Below are positions 30,219-38,865 of a stretch of DNA of 64,000 nt, piece by piece (position 1 is the first letter of the stretch; the number at the start of each line of letters is the position of its first letter). The position numbers and the translations under genes are program-made. The stretch is from an uncultured Acidobacteriota bacterium (lineage in GTDB: Bacteria; Acidobacteriota; Thermoanaerobaculia; UBA5066; Gp7-AA6): assembly GCA_963764715.1 (NCBI GenBank), contig CAVXTP010000017.1:96001-160000 (forward strand). The letters run 5' to 3'. Below the pieces are notes generated by a model that saw nothing but the letters and a program-made list of their open reading frames with translations, did not search any database and was not told the DNA's origin.

Positions 30219-30995
30219 TTGAACGCACCCACGGACTGGTGGAAGACCTTCTTCGACGGCCTCGCCGTCGGCTTCTGGCGGGCCGCCGTCCCGCCGGAAG
30301 CGACCCGGGCCGACGCCGACTTTCTCTGGAAGCACCTGAATCTCGCGCCGGGCGCCCGCGTCCTCGACGTGCCCTGCGGCGCCGGGCGGCTGACGCTGCC
30401 GCTCGCCGAACGCGGCTGCGCGATGTCGGGCGTCGACATCTCGACCGAGTCCGTCGAGGCCGCGGCGGCCGCCGCCGCCGAGCAGGGGCTCGCCGTCGAC
30501 TTCCGGTGCGCCGACATGCGCGACCTGCCCGCGTCGTCCGGGTTCGACGCGGCGTTCTGCTTCGGCAACAGCTTCGGGTACCTCGACGACGCCGGCAACG
30601 AGGCCTTCGTCGCGGCCGCCGCGCAGGCGCTCTCGCCCGGCGGACGCCTGGCCATCGACTTCGGGCAGACGGCCGAGGGCGTCTTTCCGCGGCTCGAGCC
30701 CCGGCTCGAGGGCGAGCTCCACGGATTCCGGTTCGTGGAAGAGACGCGCTTCGACCCGGTCACCTCGCGCATCGAGAACGTCTTCGAGTTCTCGAAGGAC
30801 GGCCGGTCCGAGCGCAAGCTCGCTTCGCAGCGCGTCTACCTGGCGGGCGACCTCGTCCGCATGCTCGGCCGCGCGGGCCTTCGGGTCCTCGGCCTCTACG
30901 GATCGCCGGAGGAGGAGCCCTTCGCCCTCAGCTCGCAGCGCCTCCTGATCGTGGCGGAGAAGCCGCGAGCTTCCGGACGAGGGACACGAGGCTGA
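30219..30995 (+). CDS. Class I SAM-dependent methyltransferase
   Basis: VLDVPCGAGR, GVDIS, ADMRDL, FGNSFGY, LSPGGRL. Confidence 0.9.
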   Translation: MNAPTDWWKTFFDGLAVGFWRAAVPPEATRADADFLWKHLNLAPGARVLDVPCGAGRLTLPLAERGCAMSGVDISTESVEAAAAAAAEQGLAVDFRCADMRDLPASSGFDAAFCFGNSFGYLDDAGNEAFVAAAAQALSPGGRLAIDFGQTAEGVFPRLEPRLEGELHGFRFVEETRFDPVTSRIENVFEFSKDGRSERKLASQRVYLAGDLVRMLGRAGLRVLGLYGSPEEEPFALSSQRLLIVAEKPRASGRGTRG

Positions 30996-31191
30996 TGACC
31001 GACCAGGAGCCCTCGAGCACGATCAGGCCGGCGTTCTTCGCTTCGACGGCGAACCACGTCAGGATGACGGCCCCCAGGAGATTGAGAACGAGGTAGGCGC
31101 GGTCCTCGCCGCCGAGCTTCCCGGCCTGCTGGGCGGCGAAGGCGGCGAGGATCATCGCCGCGCCGAGAAGCGAGACGAGCTGGGCGATCAC
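30928..31191 (-). CDS. CBU_0592-like small membrane protein
   Basis: GAAMILAAF..YLVLNLLGA..LEGSWSVISL. Confidence 0.75.
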   Translation of the reverse strand: MIAQLVSLLGAAMILAAFAAQQAGKLGGEDRAYLVLNLLGAVILTWFAVEAKNAGLIVLEGSWSVISLVSLVRKLAASPPRSGGAAS

Positions 31192-31277
31192 GACGCCGCC
31201 CGTTCGGCCTCGCCCGGCGTGGCCCGGGTCCGCATTGCGACTTCGAGGCGTCGTCCGCGATGGGTTCGTTCGGTCAC
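31188..31277 (-). pseudogene. 29-aa ORF, possible truncated SRPBCC/START-domain remnant
   Basis: SD GGAG then GTG; MTERTHRGRRLEVAMRTRATPGEAERAAS resembles SRPBCC N-termini; coupled to the flanking genes. Confidence 0.4.
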
Positions 31278-31279
31278 GA

Positions 31280-31933
31280 TCAGGTCTCCTCTTCCGAAAC
31301 CGGTCCTTCGGGCGCTTCGGCGACGGGGTAGCAGGCGAGGACGAGACGGTAGGGGCGGCCCTTCCCCGGGCGGCCGTTCTCGCGCAGATTCGGCATCGAG
31401 TGCCGGGCGATGACCTCGACGATCGCCGCCCGCATCGCCTCGGCGAACCGGGTCCGCTGTTCCGGAGTCTCGAACCGGAACTGCGACTTCACGGACAGGG
31501 TCGCCAGGCGCTTGCCCTCGGCGGCGGCTTCCCGAGCGGCGCGACCGACGTCCGACCGGACCTGGTCGGCGAGGGCGAGGAGGTAGTCGGAGGAGGCCGT
31601 GTCGGCGATCTGCCGCCAGTCCGCCGCGAGGGGCCCGAGAAGGTCGGGCGAGAGCGTGTAAGAACGGGCCGTGGCCACATAGCGCTGCTCGATCAGGTTT
31701 CGCCGCCGGCGGCGGCCGGCCGGGCGCAGAAGCCCGGCCCTCTCGAGGGCCCGGACGTGGTAGTTGACCCGCTGCCTCGGGAGCCCGAGTCGGCGCGCCA
31801 GCTCGGTCGAGGAGGCAGGCTCCCGGGCGAGGGCCAGCAGGCGCGAGCGCAGCGGGTGGAGCATCGCGCTCGCCCGCCGCGCGCTTTGCACCGCTTCGAG
31901 TCCGATGGCCCCGGGAGTTGGCTGCACCTCCAC
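31280..31933 (-). CDS. ArsR-like winged-helix transcriptional regulator
   Basis: HPLRSRLL..EPASSTELARRLGLPRQRVNYHVRALE; GTG start 7 nt after -10. Confidence 0.88.
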   Translation of the reverse strand: MEVQPTPGAIGLEAVQSARRASAMLHPLRSRLLALAREPASSTELARRLGLPRQRVNYHVRALERAGLLRPAGRRRRRNLIEQRYVATARSYTLSPDLLGPLAADWRQIADTASSDYLLALADQVRSDVGRAAREAAAEGKRLATLSVKSQFRFETPEQRTRFAEAMRAAIVEVIARHSMPNLRENGRPGKGRPYRLVLACYPVAEAPEGPVSEEET

Positions 31934-31934
31934 A

Positions 31935-31970
31935 GACAGTATTATCTGTACAGACAAATCTACTTGTCAA
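31935..31970 (-). promoter_or_regulatory. Sigma70 promoter overlapped by two palindromic operators
   Basis: TTGACA-N18-GATAAT on minus strand; GACAG-N6-CTGTA (31935-31950) and GACAA-N6-TTGTC (31953-31968). Confidence 0.75.
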
Positions 31971-32110
31971 TACGGCGGTCCTGCTCCCATTCGGGCCGGC
32001 GAGCGTATTTGGAGGGTGAACACTTCTCCCGTCTTCCCCGGATCCCGTCGGTACAATCCGTCGGTGGTGCCCTCTTTCCTCCTCGTCCGCGCTTTCAGGG
32101 TCGCCTGACA

Positions 32111-34072
32111 ATGCCGAAGCTCGGGCTGACGGGAGGCGGATTCTCCTCCCGCTCGATGCGCGCGGAGCGCCGCGGCCGCGCCGGCTCCGACCGGCCGGAC
32201 GAAGCCGGCAGGCCGAAAAAGAAGCTGCCGGTAAAGGTCATCCTCCGGGACGCGTCCGAGCTCATCGCGGCACGCAAGGGCCGGCTCGCCCTCGGCTTCG
32301 GCCTTCTCCTCGTCAGCCGGCTCTGCGGCCTGGTGCTGCCCGGGACGACCAAGATCCTCCTGGACGACGTGATCGGGAAGGGGCGCCGCGACCTCCTCGT
32401 GACGATCGTCCTGGTTTCGGGGGCTGCAACCCTCGTCCAGGCGATCACCGGTTTCGCCCTCTCCCAGGTCCTCGGAAAGGCGGCCCAGCGCTCGATCACC
32501 GACATGCGCCGGTCGGTGCAGCGCCACGTGGGCCGTCTGAAGGTGGCCTTCTTCGACCAGACGAAGACGGGAATCCTCCTCTCCCGGGTCATGACCGACG
32601 CCGAAGGGGTCCGGAACCTCGTCGGCACCGGGCTCGTCGAGCTCGCCGGGGGGCTCGTCACCGCCCTCTTCGCCCTCGGAATCCTCTTCTATTTCAGCGC
32701 CAAGCTGACGCTCATCGCCCTCGCGGTCCTGTCCCTCTTCGGCCTCGTCCTGCTCTTCGCGTTCAAGACCCTCCGGCCGCTCTTCCGCGAGCGCTCGAAG
32801 ATCAACGCCGAGGTCTCGGGACGCCTGACGGAGTCCTTCTCGGGGATCCGCGTGGTCAAGGCCTACCGGGCCGAGCGCCGGGAGGCCCTGGTCTTCACCC
32901 GGGGGGTCCACCGGCTCTTCAGCAACGTGGCGAAGACGATGACGGGCTTTTCCGCCGTGGCGGCCTTCTCGACGCTGCTGCTCGGCGTCGTGGGCGTCTC
33001 GATCATGTGGGTCGGCGCCCATGAGATCGAGGCCGGCCGCATGACGGTCGGCTCGTTCGTCTCGTTCACGCTGTACCTGGGCCTCCTCGTCGGGCCGGTG
33101 ATCCAGATCGTCTCGATCGGCAGCCAGATCACCGAGGCCTTCGCCGGCCTCGAGCGGATCCGGGAGCTGCGGGACGAGCTCGCCGAGGACGCCGGCGACC
33201 GCGAGCGCGAGCCGCTCCCGCCGCTCGAAGGGAGAGTCGAGTTCCGGGACGTCTCCTTCTCCTACGAGGAGAACGTGCCGGTCCTGAACGACGTCTCGTT
33301 CGTCGCCTCGCCGGGGACCGTCACGGCCCTCGTCGGCCCGTCGGGCTCGGGCAAGAGCACGATCATCGGCCTCGTCGCGGCCTTCCACCGGCCCACGGCG
33401 GGAACGATCTTCGTCGACGGCCGCGACCTCTCGAAGGTCCGCCTCTCCGACTACCGCGGCCAGATCGGGGTCGTCTTCCAGGACAACTTCCTCTTCGACG
33501 GCAGCGTTTACGAGAACATCGCCTACTCGCGCCCGGAGGCGCCCCGCGAGGACGTGCTCCGGGCCGCCGAGATCGCGCGCTGCGACGAGTTCGTCGTGAA
33601 GCTTCCCCAGGGCTACGACACGATCGTCGGCGAGCGGGGCGTGAAGCTCTCCGGCGGGCAGCGCCAGCGGGTCGCGATCGCCCGCGCGATCCTCGCCGAT
33701 CCCCGGGTCCTGATCCTCGACGAGGCGACCTCCTCGCTCGACAGCGAGAGCGAGGCGCTCATCCAGGAAGGCCTCGCCGAGCTGATGAAGGGGCGGACGA
33801 CCTTCGTCATCGCCCACCGGCTCTCGACGATCCGCCGCGCCGACCTCATCCTCGTCGTCGAGGCCGGCCGGATCGCCGAGCGCGGGCGGCACGAGGAGCT
33901 GCTCGCCCGCGGCGGCCGGTACGCCGACCTCTACAACCGGCAGTACGGGCTGGAGGCGAACCTCTTCCTGAATCCGGGAGAGGGTGTCCGCGTCGAGGAC
34001 GAGGAGAAGGTCCCCGTGGCGGCCGCGGACTCGGGGGCGGTGGGGAGTTTGCCGTTGGTGGGCGGGAATTGA
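32111..34072 (+). CDS. ABC transporter, fused permease/ATPase (MsbA/MdlB-like exporter)
   Basis: TM domain, GPSGSGKS, LSGGQRQR, ILDEATSSLD, IAHRLSTI. Confidence 0.95.
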   Translation: MPKLGLTGGGFSSRSMRAERRGRAGSDRPDEAGRPKKKLPVKVILRDASELIAARKGRLALGFGLLLVSRLCGLVLPGTTKILLDDVIGKGRRDLLVTIVLVSGAATLVQAITGFALSQVLGKAAQRSITDMRRSVQRHVGRLKVAFFDQTKTGILLSRVMTDAEGVRNLVGTGLVELAGGLVTALFALGILFYFSAKLTLIALAVLSLFGLVLLFAFKTLRPLFRERSKINAEVSGRLTESFSGIRVVKAYRAERREALVFTRGVHRLFSNVAKTMTGFSAVAAFSTLLLGVVGVSIMWVGAHEIEAGRMTVGSFVSFTLYLGLLVGPVIQIVSIGSQITEAFAGLERIRELRDELAEDAGDREREPLPPLEGRVEFRDVSFSYEENVPVLNDVSFVASPGTVTALVGPSGSGKSTIIGLVAAFHRPTAGTIFVDGRDLSKVRLSDYRGQIGVVFQDNFLFDGSVYENIAYSRPEAPREDVLRAAEIARCDEFVVKLPQGYDTIVGERGVKLSGGQRQRVAIARAILADPRVLILDEATSSLDSESEALIQEGLAELMKGRTTFVIAHRLSTIRRADLILVVEAGRIAERGRHEELLARGGRYADLYNRQYGLEANLFLNPGEGVRVEDEEKVPVAAADSGAVGSLPLVGGN

Positions 34073-34266
34073 GGCGGGGCTTGTCCCCGCCCTCTTGGCA
34101 GTAAGCGGTAAGCAGGGGTACGAAAAAGGGCGGCCACCACCCGGCCACCGAAGGCATACCCCCGGCAGTAGGGAACGCCACGCGAAGCGCGGCGTTAACG
34201 CCGCCCCGACTTTGTCCGGGCGATGGTTACGGAACGTCAGAGTAGGGGCGGGGCTCGTCCCCGCCC
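34073..34266. repeat. Composite intergenic repeat: three REP-like hairpins plus GCRGTAA heptamers
   Basis: GGCGGGGCTTGTCCCCGCCC (34073), GCAGTAAGCGGTAAGCAGGGGTACGAAAAAGGGCGGCC (34098), GCGGCGTTAACGCCGCCCCGAC (34189), GTAGGGGCGGGGCTCGTCCCCGCCC (34242). Confidence 0.8.
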
Positions 34267-34271
34267 TTTTC

Positions 34272-34988
34272 TCAGTCTCTCCGACCGCCGAGGAACCGCA
34301 GCATGAAGAGGAACAGGTTGATGAAGTCGAGGTACAGCGAGAGCGCCCCGACGACGGCGTAGGAGCCGACCTGGCCCTCCGGAACGGCGACGGCCATCGC
34401 CTTCAGCTTCTGCGCGTCCCAGGCCGTGAGGCCCGTGAACACGATGACGCCGACGATCGAGATGACGAACTGCAGCCCCTCGGACTTGACGAACATTCCG
34501 ACGACCGAGGCGAGGATCACGCCGATCAGGCCCATGAAGACGAACTGGCCGACGCCGGCGAGGCTGCGTTTCGTGGTCGTCCCGTAGAGCGCCAGCGCGC
34601 CGAACATGCCGGCCGTCACCGCGAAGGTCGTCGCGATCGAGGTGCCGGTGTAGGCGATGAAGATCATCGCGAGGGTGGCGCCGTTCAACGCCGAGTAGAG
34701 CAGGAAGAGGCCCGAGGCCGTGGCCGGCGCGATCTTGTTGACGCGGGCCGAGAGGTAGAACACCAGGCCGAGCTCCGCGATGATCAGGCCGAAGAAGAGA
34801 AGCTTGTTGCCGAAGATCGCCTGCAGGAGCGTCGGCGAGCCCGCCACCCCCAGCGAGACCGCGGCCGTCACGCCGAGGCCGACGAACATCCAGCCGTAGA
34901 CCTTGCGCAGGAACGCCGTCACCCTCTCCGCGGTGGCCGCGGCCGTCGGCGAAAAGGCGGTCGGCGGGGTCATTTCGAATTCGTTCAT
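34272..34988 (-). CDS. Bax inhibitor-1/YccA family membrane protein
   Basis: FLRKVYGWM, TAWDAQKLK, GALSLYLDFINLFL. Confidence 0.95.
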   Translation of the reverse strand: MNEFEMTPPTAFSPTAAATAERVTAFLRKVYGWMFVGLGVTAAVSLGVAGSPTLLQAIFGNKLLFFGLIIAELGLVFYLSARVNKIAPATASGLFLLYSALNGATLAMIFIAYTGTSIATTFAVTAGMFGALALYGTTTKRSLAGVGQFVFMGLIGVILASVVGMFVKSEGLQFVISIVGVIVFTGLTAWDAQKLKAMAVAVPEGQVGSYAVVGALSLYLDFINLFLFMLRFLGGRRD

Positions 34989-35059
34989 TTGTCCTCCGAG
35001 AGGGGCATTCTATGCCCCCGATGTAAACGGCCGGGGAGGGGTCGGGGATTCCCGAGGGG

Positions 35060-35539
35060 TCAGTTGACCCGGTAGCGCAGCTCCTCGAGGAACCGGAGCG
35101 CGACCGGATCGTCCGGGCTCTCCGCGAGCGCCCCCTCGAACTCCAGCAGCGCCTCCGCGATCTCGCCGCGCGCCGCCCGCAGCCGCCCGAGGTTCAGGTA
35201 CGGGAAGTGCCGCGGCTCGTAGCGCGGCGCCTTCTTGGCCTTCTCGAACCAGCCGATGGCGTCCTCGGTCTCGCCCTGCTCGACGAGATAGCAGCCGATG
35301 TCGTTGTACGGATTGCCGAAGTCCGGATCGGTCGCGATCGCTTTCCGGCACTCCTCGATCGCCTCGGGCAGGCGGCCGGCGAACGAGTACGCCCAGCCGC
35401 GAAAGGTGTAGGCCTCGGCGGTGGGCTCGGTTTCGAGCGAGCGCGTGAAGAGCGAAATCGCGTCCTCGAGGTCGCCCGACAGCAGGCGGTCGGTGCCCTC
35501 GCGCCAGAGCTCCAGGGCCCGCTCCGATCGCGCGCTCAC
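35060..35539 (-). CDS. Tetratricopeptide repeat protein
   Basis: PTAEAYTFRGWAYS, AIEECRKAI..DPDFGNPYNDIG, YLNLGR. Confidence 0.88.
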   Translation of the reverse strand: MSARSERALELWREGTDRLLSGDLEDAISLFTRSLETEPTAEAYTFRGWAYSFAGRLPEAIEECRKAIATDPDFGNPYNDIGCYLVEQGETEDAIGWFEKAKKAPRYEPRHFPYLNLGRLRAARGEIAEALLEFEGALAESPDDPVALRFLEELRYRVN

Positions 35540-35566
35540 GGAACGATTATAGAATCGAGACCTCCC

Positions 35567-36007
35567 GTGAACGACGACCGGAAGTACCGCCATCGCGGCT
35601 ACCAGGAGTCCGACCGCGACTCCTCTCCACGGCGCCCGTCCGGACCGCGGCCGGATCGCGACGACGGCGCGCCGCGCGGGCGCGGCATCGACCAGAACAA
35701 GGCCGTCGTCTTCCGCTGCAAGCACTGCGGCGAGAAGGTCCTGGACCTCGACTCGATCGCCGTGGGAGCGACCTGCCGCAAGTGCGGCGAGGCGCTGCAC
35801 GCCTGCAGCCAGTGCACCCACTTCGATACCTCGGCCCGCTTCGAGTGCACGCAGCCGATCCCGGCGAGGATCGCGTCGAAGAAGGCCGCCAACGACTGCA
35901 CGTTCTATTCCCCGGCGAAGACCTTCGATCTGACGGGCAGCCGCGGCACGGTGGCGACTCCCGACGACGCCCGCTCCGCTTTCGACGCGCTGTTTCGTAA
36001 GTCGTAG
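35567..36007 (+). CDS. Hypothetical Cys-rich (double zinc-ribbon-like) protein
   Basis: CKHC, CRKC, HACSQC, C..C; C-terminal ARSAFDALF. Confidence 0.75.
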   Translation: MNDDRKYRHRGYQESDRDSSPRRPSGPRPDRDDGAPRGRGIDQNKAVVFRCKHCGEKVLDLDSIAVGATCRKCGEALHACSQCTHFDTSARFECTQPIPARIASKKAANDCTFYSPAKTFDLTGSRGTVATPDDARSAFDALFRKS

Positions 36008-36032
36008 GGGGCGGGTGGCCGCGAGGCCGTCC

Positions 36033-36734
36033 CTATTCTCGTTCCGCCAGCCGGACCGCCCTCCGCAGCACCGCCCGGAGCATCGCCGGCGTCAGCTTCC
36101 CGGTGAACGTGTTCTGCTGGCTGGGGTGATACGTCGCGAGGAGCCGGTCCTCGCCGATCCGCCAGCCCGCGCCGTGCGCGAACCGGGGCTTCGGCTTCGG
36201 CAGGACCGCACCCTCGGCCGCGAGAACGTCGAGGCACGCCGCGAACGCGAGCGCTCCGAGGGCCACGAGGACCCTCGGCCGGCCGAGCGCCGCGAGCTCG
36301 CGCGCGAGGTACCCGCGGCAGTTGGCGAGCTCCTCCGGCAGGGGGCGGTTGTCCGGAGGCGCACAGCGGCAGGCGGCGCTGACGAGAGCCCCGGCGAGCG
36401 CGAGGCCGTCGCCGCGCGCGGTCGACTCGGGCTGGCTCGCGAGCCCCACCGCGTGGAGCGCCGCGAAGAGAAACCGTCCCGACTCGTCGCCCGTGAACAT
36501 CCGCCCGGTGCGGTTCCCGCCGTGGGCGGCCGGCGCGAGACCCACGAGGACGATCCGCGCCGCGGGATCGCCGAAGCAGGGCACGGGCTTCGCCCAGTAC
36601 GCCTGCCCGGCGAACCGGCGCGGCGGATGACGCGCCGCCTCCTCGCGCCACGCCACGAGCCGCGGGCAGCGCCGGCACGCGACGACCTCGCGCTCGATCG
36701 AGGCGATCGCGCGGCCTGTCCTCCGATCCGTCAT
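36033..36734 (-). CDS. Uracil-DNA glycosylase, family 5 (UdgB-like, Fe-S)
   Basis: CRRCPRL, GLAPAAHGGNRTGRMFTGD, CAPPDN, YHPSQQN. Confidence 0.93.
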   Translation of the reverse strand: MTDRRTGRAIASIEREVVACRRCPRLVAWREEAARHPPRRFAGQAYWAKPVPCFGDPAARIVLVGLAPAAHGGNRTGRMFTGDESGRFLFAALHAVGLASQPESTARGDGLALAGALVSAACRCAPPDNRPLPEELANCRGYLARELAALGRPRVLVALGALAFAACLDVLAAEGAVLPKPKPRFAHGAGWRIGEDRLLATYHPSQQNTFTGKLTPAMLRAVLRRAVRLAERE

Positions 36735-38068
36735 GGCGTCCGGCGAAACACGACGACCGCCTTCCGGCCCGACACACGCCGGACCTCGCGAAAGCCCCGG
36801 CGCTCGAGCAGCTCCCGATCCGCCGGCGCGAGATCGGCCGCGTAGAAGGAAGCGGCGTCCACGCCGGCGAGCGCGGGCTCGGCGAGCCCGATCGGAGTCC
36901 GCGGCTCCAGATCCCGGATGTCGACGCCGGGGCCGAGCATCAGCCGGTCCCCGTAGGCCCAGGCCTGCTCGAGCAGAACCGCGCGCACGCCGAGCGAGCG
37001 CAGGTAGGAGGCGGCCTCGACGGCGGACCGCGACTTCTCGCGCATCAGCGCGAGGGTGCGCTCGGCGCCCCACGCCGGCGCGAGGACCAGGGCGGCGACG
37101 CCGGCGGCCCGCCGCCACCGCTGCGCCGAGGCGAGAAGGTCGGCGCACCCGAGCCCCATGAGAAGGGCGAGCATCGGAATCGCCGCCTGGAGGTAGCGAT
37201 AGGCCTTGTACGCGAAGATCGAGTACCCCGCCACGACGAAGAGAAGCAGAAGCGCCGGCTGCTTCCAGCCCTTGCGGCGGGTCGCGGCGAGCACGAGCAG
37301 CACCGCGACCGGGCCCGCCCACCGCAGCACCGACTCTCCGTACCAGAACCAGGGCTTGTCGTAGCGCGGGAAGCTCGGGGGCGGATTCAGGTACGTGATC
37401 CGGACGAATTCCGAAAGGCTCGCGAAGGGACGGCCCCAGGTCAGCGCGTCGGTCAAACCGACGCAGACCGCGGCGCCGGCGAGGAACCCGGAGAGAGCCA
37501 GGCCGAGCGCCACGACGCGCCGATGCCGCGCCCAGACCACCCAGAGGAAGGGCAGCAGGAGGACGCCTTCGCTGAAACGAACGGCGAAGGCGGCGCCCGC
37601 GAGAAAGCCGCCGGGGACCGTCCAGGCGGCCCGGCGCTCCAGCGCGAGCATCAGGGCGAGCATGAAGAACATCGTCGAGATCGGCCGCGGGTAGGGCGTC
37701 GCCCCGTAGCCGAGCGGCAGCCAGTGGGTCGCGTAGAAAAACGCCGCGAGGGTCGCCGCGCGACGCGGCCACCCGAGAAGAACGCCGACGCGAAAGACGA
37801 TCCCGACCGTGGCGGTCGAAGCCGCGAGCGTCGGCAACGCGGCGAGCCAGGCGACGTCGAGCGGGCCTCGCCATCCGAGCATCGCGCCGGCCCCGAGGAC
37901 CGGCGCGACGAGGACGGCGGGATGGAAGAGGCATCGGAGCGACCACGGCGTGTAGTCGAGCGCGAGGGCGTACTTCGCAGCCGCTTCCACGACCTCCAGG
38001 TCGTCGCCCGACAGAAAGCCGTCGAAGCGCACCGCGAGAACGAGCTTCGACGCGGCGACGGCCGTCAT
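36731..38068 (-). CDS. GT-C fold membrane glycosyltransferase (ALG9/PIG-B-like)
   Basis: DD..E after first TM, multiple TMs, KPWFWY, YKAYRYL. Confidence 0.65.
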   Translation of the reverse strand: MTAVAASKLVLAVRFDGFLSGDDLEVVEAAAKYALALDYTPWSLRCLFHPAVLVAPVLGAGAMLGWRGPLDVAWLAALPTLAASTATVGIVFRVGVLLGWPRRAATLAAFFYATHWLPLGYGATPYPRPISTMFFMLALMLALERRAAWTVPGGFLAGAAFAVRFSEGVLLLPFLWVVWARHRRVVALGLALSGFLAGAAVCVGLTDALTWGRPFASLSEFVRITYLNPPPSFPRYDKPWFWYGESVLRWAGPVAVLLVLAATRRKGWKQPALLLLFVVAGYSIFAYKAYRYLQAAIPMLALLMGLGCADLLASAQRWRRAAGVAALVLAPAWGAERTLALMREKSRSAVEAASYLRSLGVRAVLLEQAWAYGDRLMLGPGVDIRDLEPRTPIGLAEPALAGVDAASFYAADLAPADRELLERRGFREVRRVSGRKAVVVFRRTP

Positions 38069-38152
38069 GATCCCGAGGACGATCCGAAGGTCGAGATCCG
38101 GCGCCGGGGTCGGGGCGGTCCGCGTCGGGCCCGGTCGATTCCGGAGAATGCT

Positions 38153-38614
38153 TCAGTCCCGCCGGTAGGTTCCGATGAGCTTCGCCTGTGCGAGGATCCG
38201 GCCTTTCATCGCCGACTCGAGCTCGGCCTTCGTGGCGCCGGGCGGAAGGCCGAGGACCCGATCGAGGGCGTAGAGCCGGAACTCGTAGTGGTGCACTCCG
38301 TGGCCCCGGGGCGGGGCCGGTCCGCCCCAGCCGAGCTCTCCGTAGTCGGTCCGGCCGTGCGTGCCGCCCGCGGGGTGCCGCTCCGCCTTGACGACGGCGC
38401 CCGGCAGCGTCGAGACCGAAGGCGGCAGGTCGTAGAGGACCCAGTGGACCCAGGTGCCGCGCGGGGCATCCGGGTCGTCGCAGACGAGGGCGAGGCTCTT
38501 CGCCTCCTTCGGGACCCCGGACCACGACAGCGGCGGCTGGGAGTCGGCGCCGTCCCGCGAGTGCACCGAGGGGATCGGGGCGCCGTCGCGGAAGGCCGAG
38601 CTCTCGAGCCGCAT
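38153..38614 (-). CDS. YbhB/YbcL (PEBP, Raf kinase inhibitor-like) protein
   Basis: DDPDAP.GTWVHWV, WGGPAPP.GHGVHHYEFRLYALD. Confidence 0.93.
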   Translation of the reverse strand: MRLESSAFRDGAPIPSVHSRDGADSQPPLSWSGVPKEAKSLALVCDDPDAPRGTWVHWVLYDLPPSVSTLPGAVVKAERHPAGGTHGRTDYGELGWGGPAPPRGHGVHHYEFRLYALDRVLGLPPGATKAELESAMKGRILAQAKLIGTYRRD

Positions 38615-38616
38615 CG

Positions 38617-38784
38617 CTACTTCTTCGCCGGAAGCCCCTTCGGAACGCCCATCTCGCGCCACCGCTTCTTCTTCTCTTCCCAGTCCCTCTCGGCGCGCTT
38701 GCGATTGGCCGCGGCGGCCGCCGCCCGCGCGTCGTCGGGGTTCTCGGGCGGCGTTTCCCTCCGGGAGTCGTCGGCTTCCGTCAC
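38617..38784 (-). CDS. Small hypothetical protein (55 aa), not in the ORF track
   Basis: TAGAAT-N6-GTG; MTEADDSRRETPPENPDDARAAAAAANRKRAERDWEEKKKRWREMGVPKGLPAKK; GC3-biased codons; stop 2 nt before ybhB ATG. Confidence 0.65.
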   Translation of the reverse strand: MTEADDSRRETPPENPDDARAAAAAANRKRAERDWEEKKKRWREMGVPKGLPAKK

Positions 38785-38813
38785 GCACTCATTCTAGCCG
38801 AGCGCCGCGCGAC

Positions 38814-38841
38814 AAAAAAAAGGCCGCCCTCGCGGGCGGCC
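38814..38841 (-). terminator. Intrinsic terminator
   Basis: GGCCGCCC-gcga-GGGCGGCC followed by T8 on the minus strand. Confidence 0.9.
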
Positions 38842-38865
38842 AGGGGACGGAAAGCCGGGAACCGG

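Noticed and set aside
31349-31375. GTAGGGGCGGCCC REP-like start inside the ArsR-like gene
   Set aside because: Hairpin incomplete and the sequence encodes ordinary residues (PGKGRPY); probably chance
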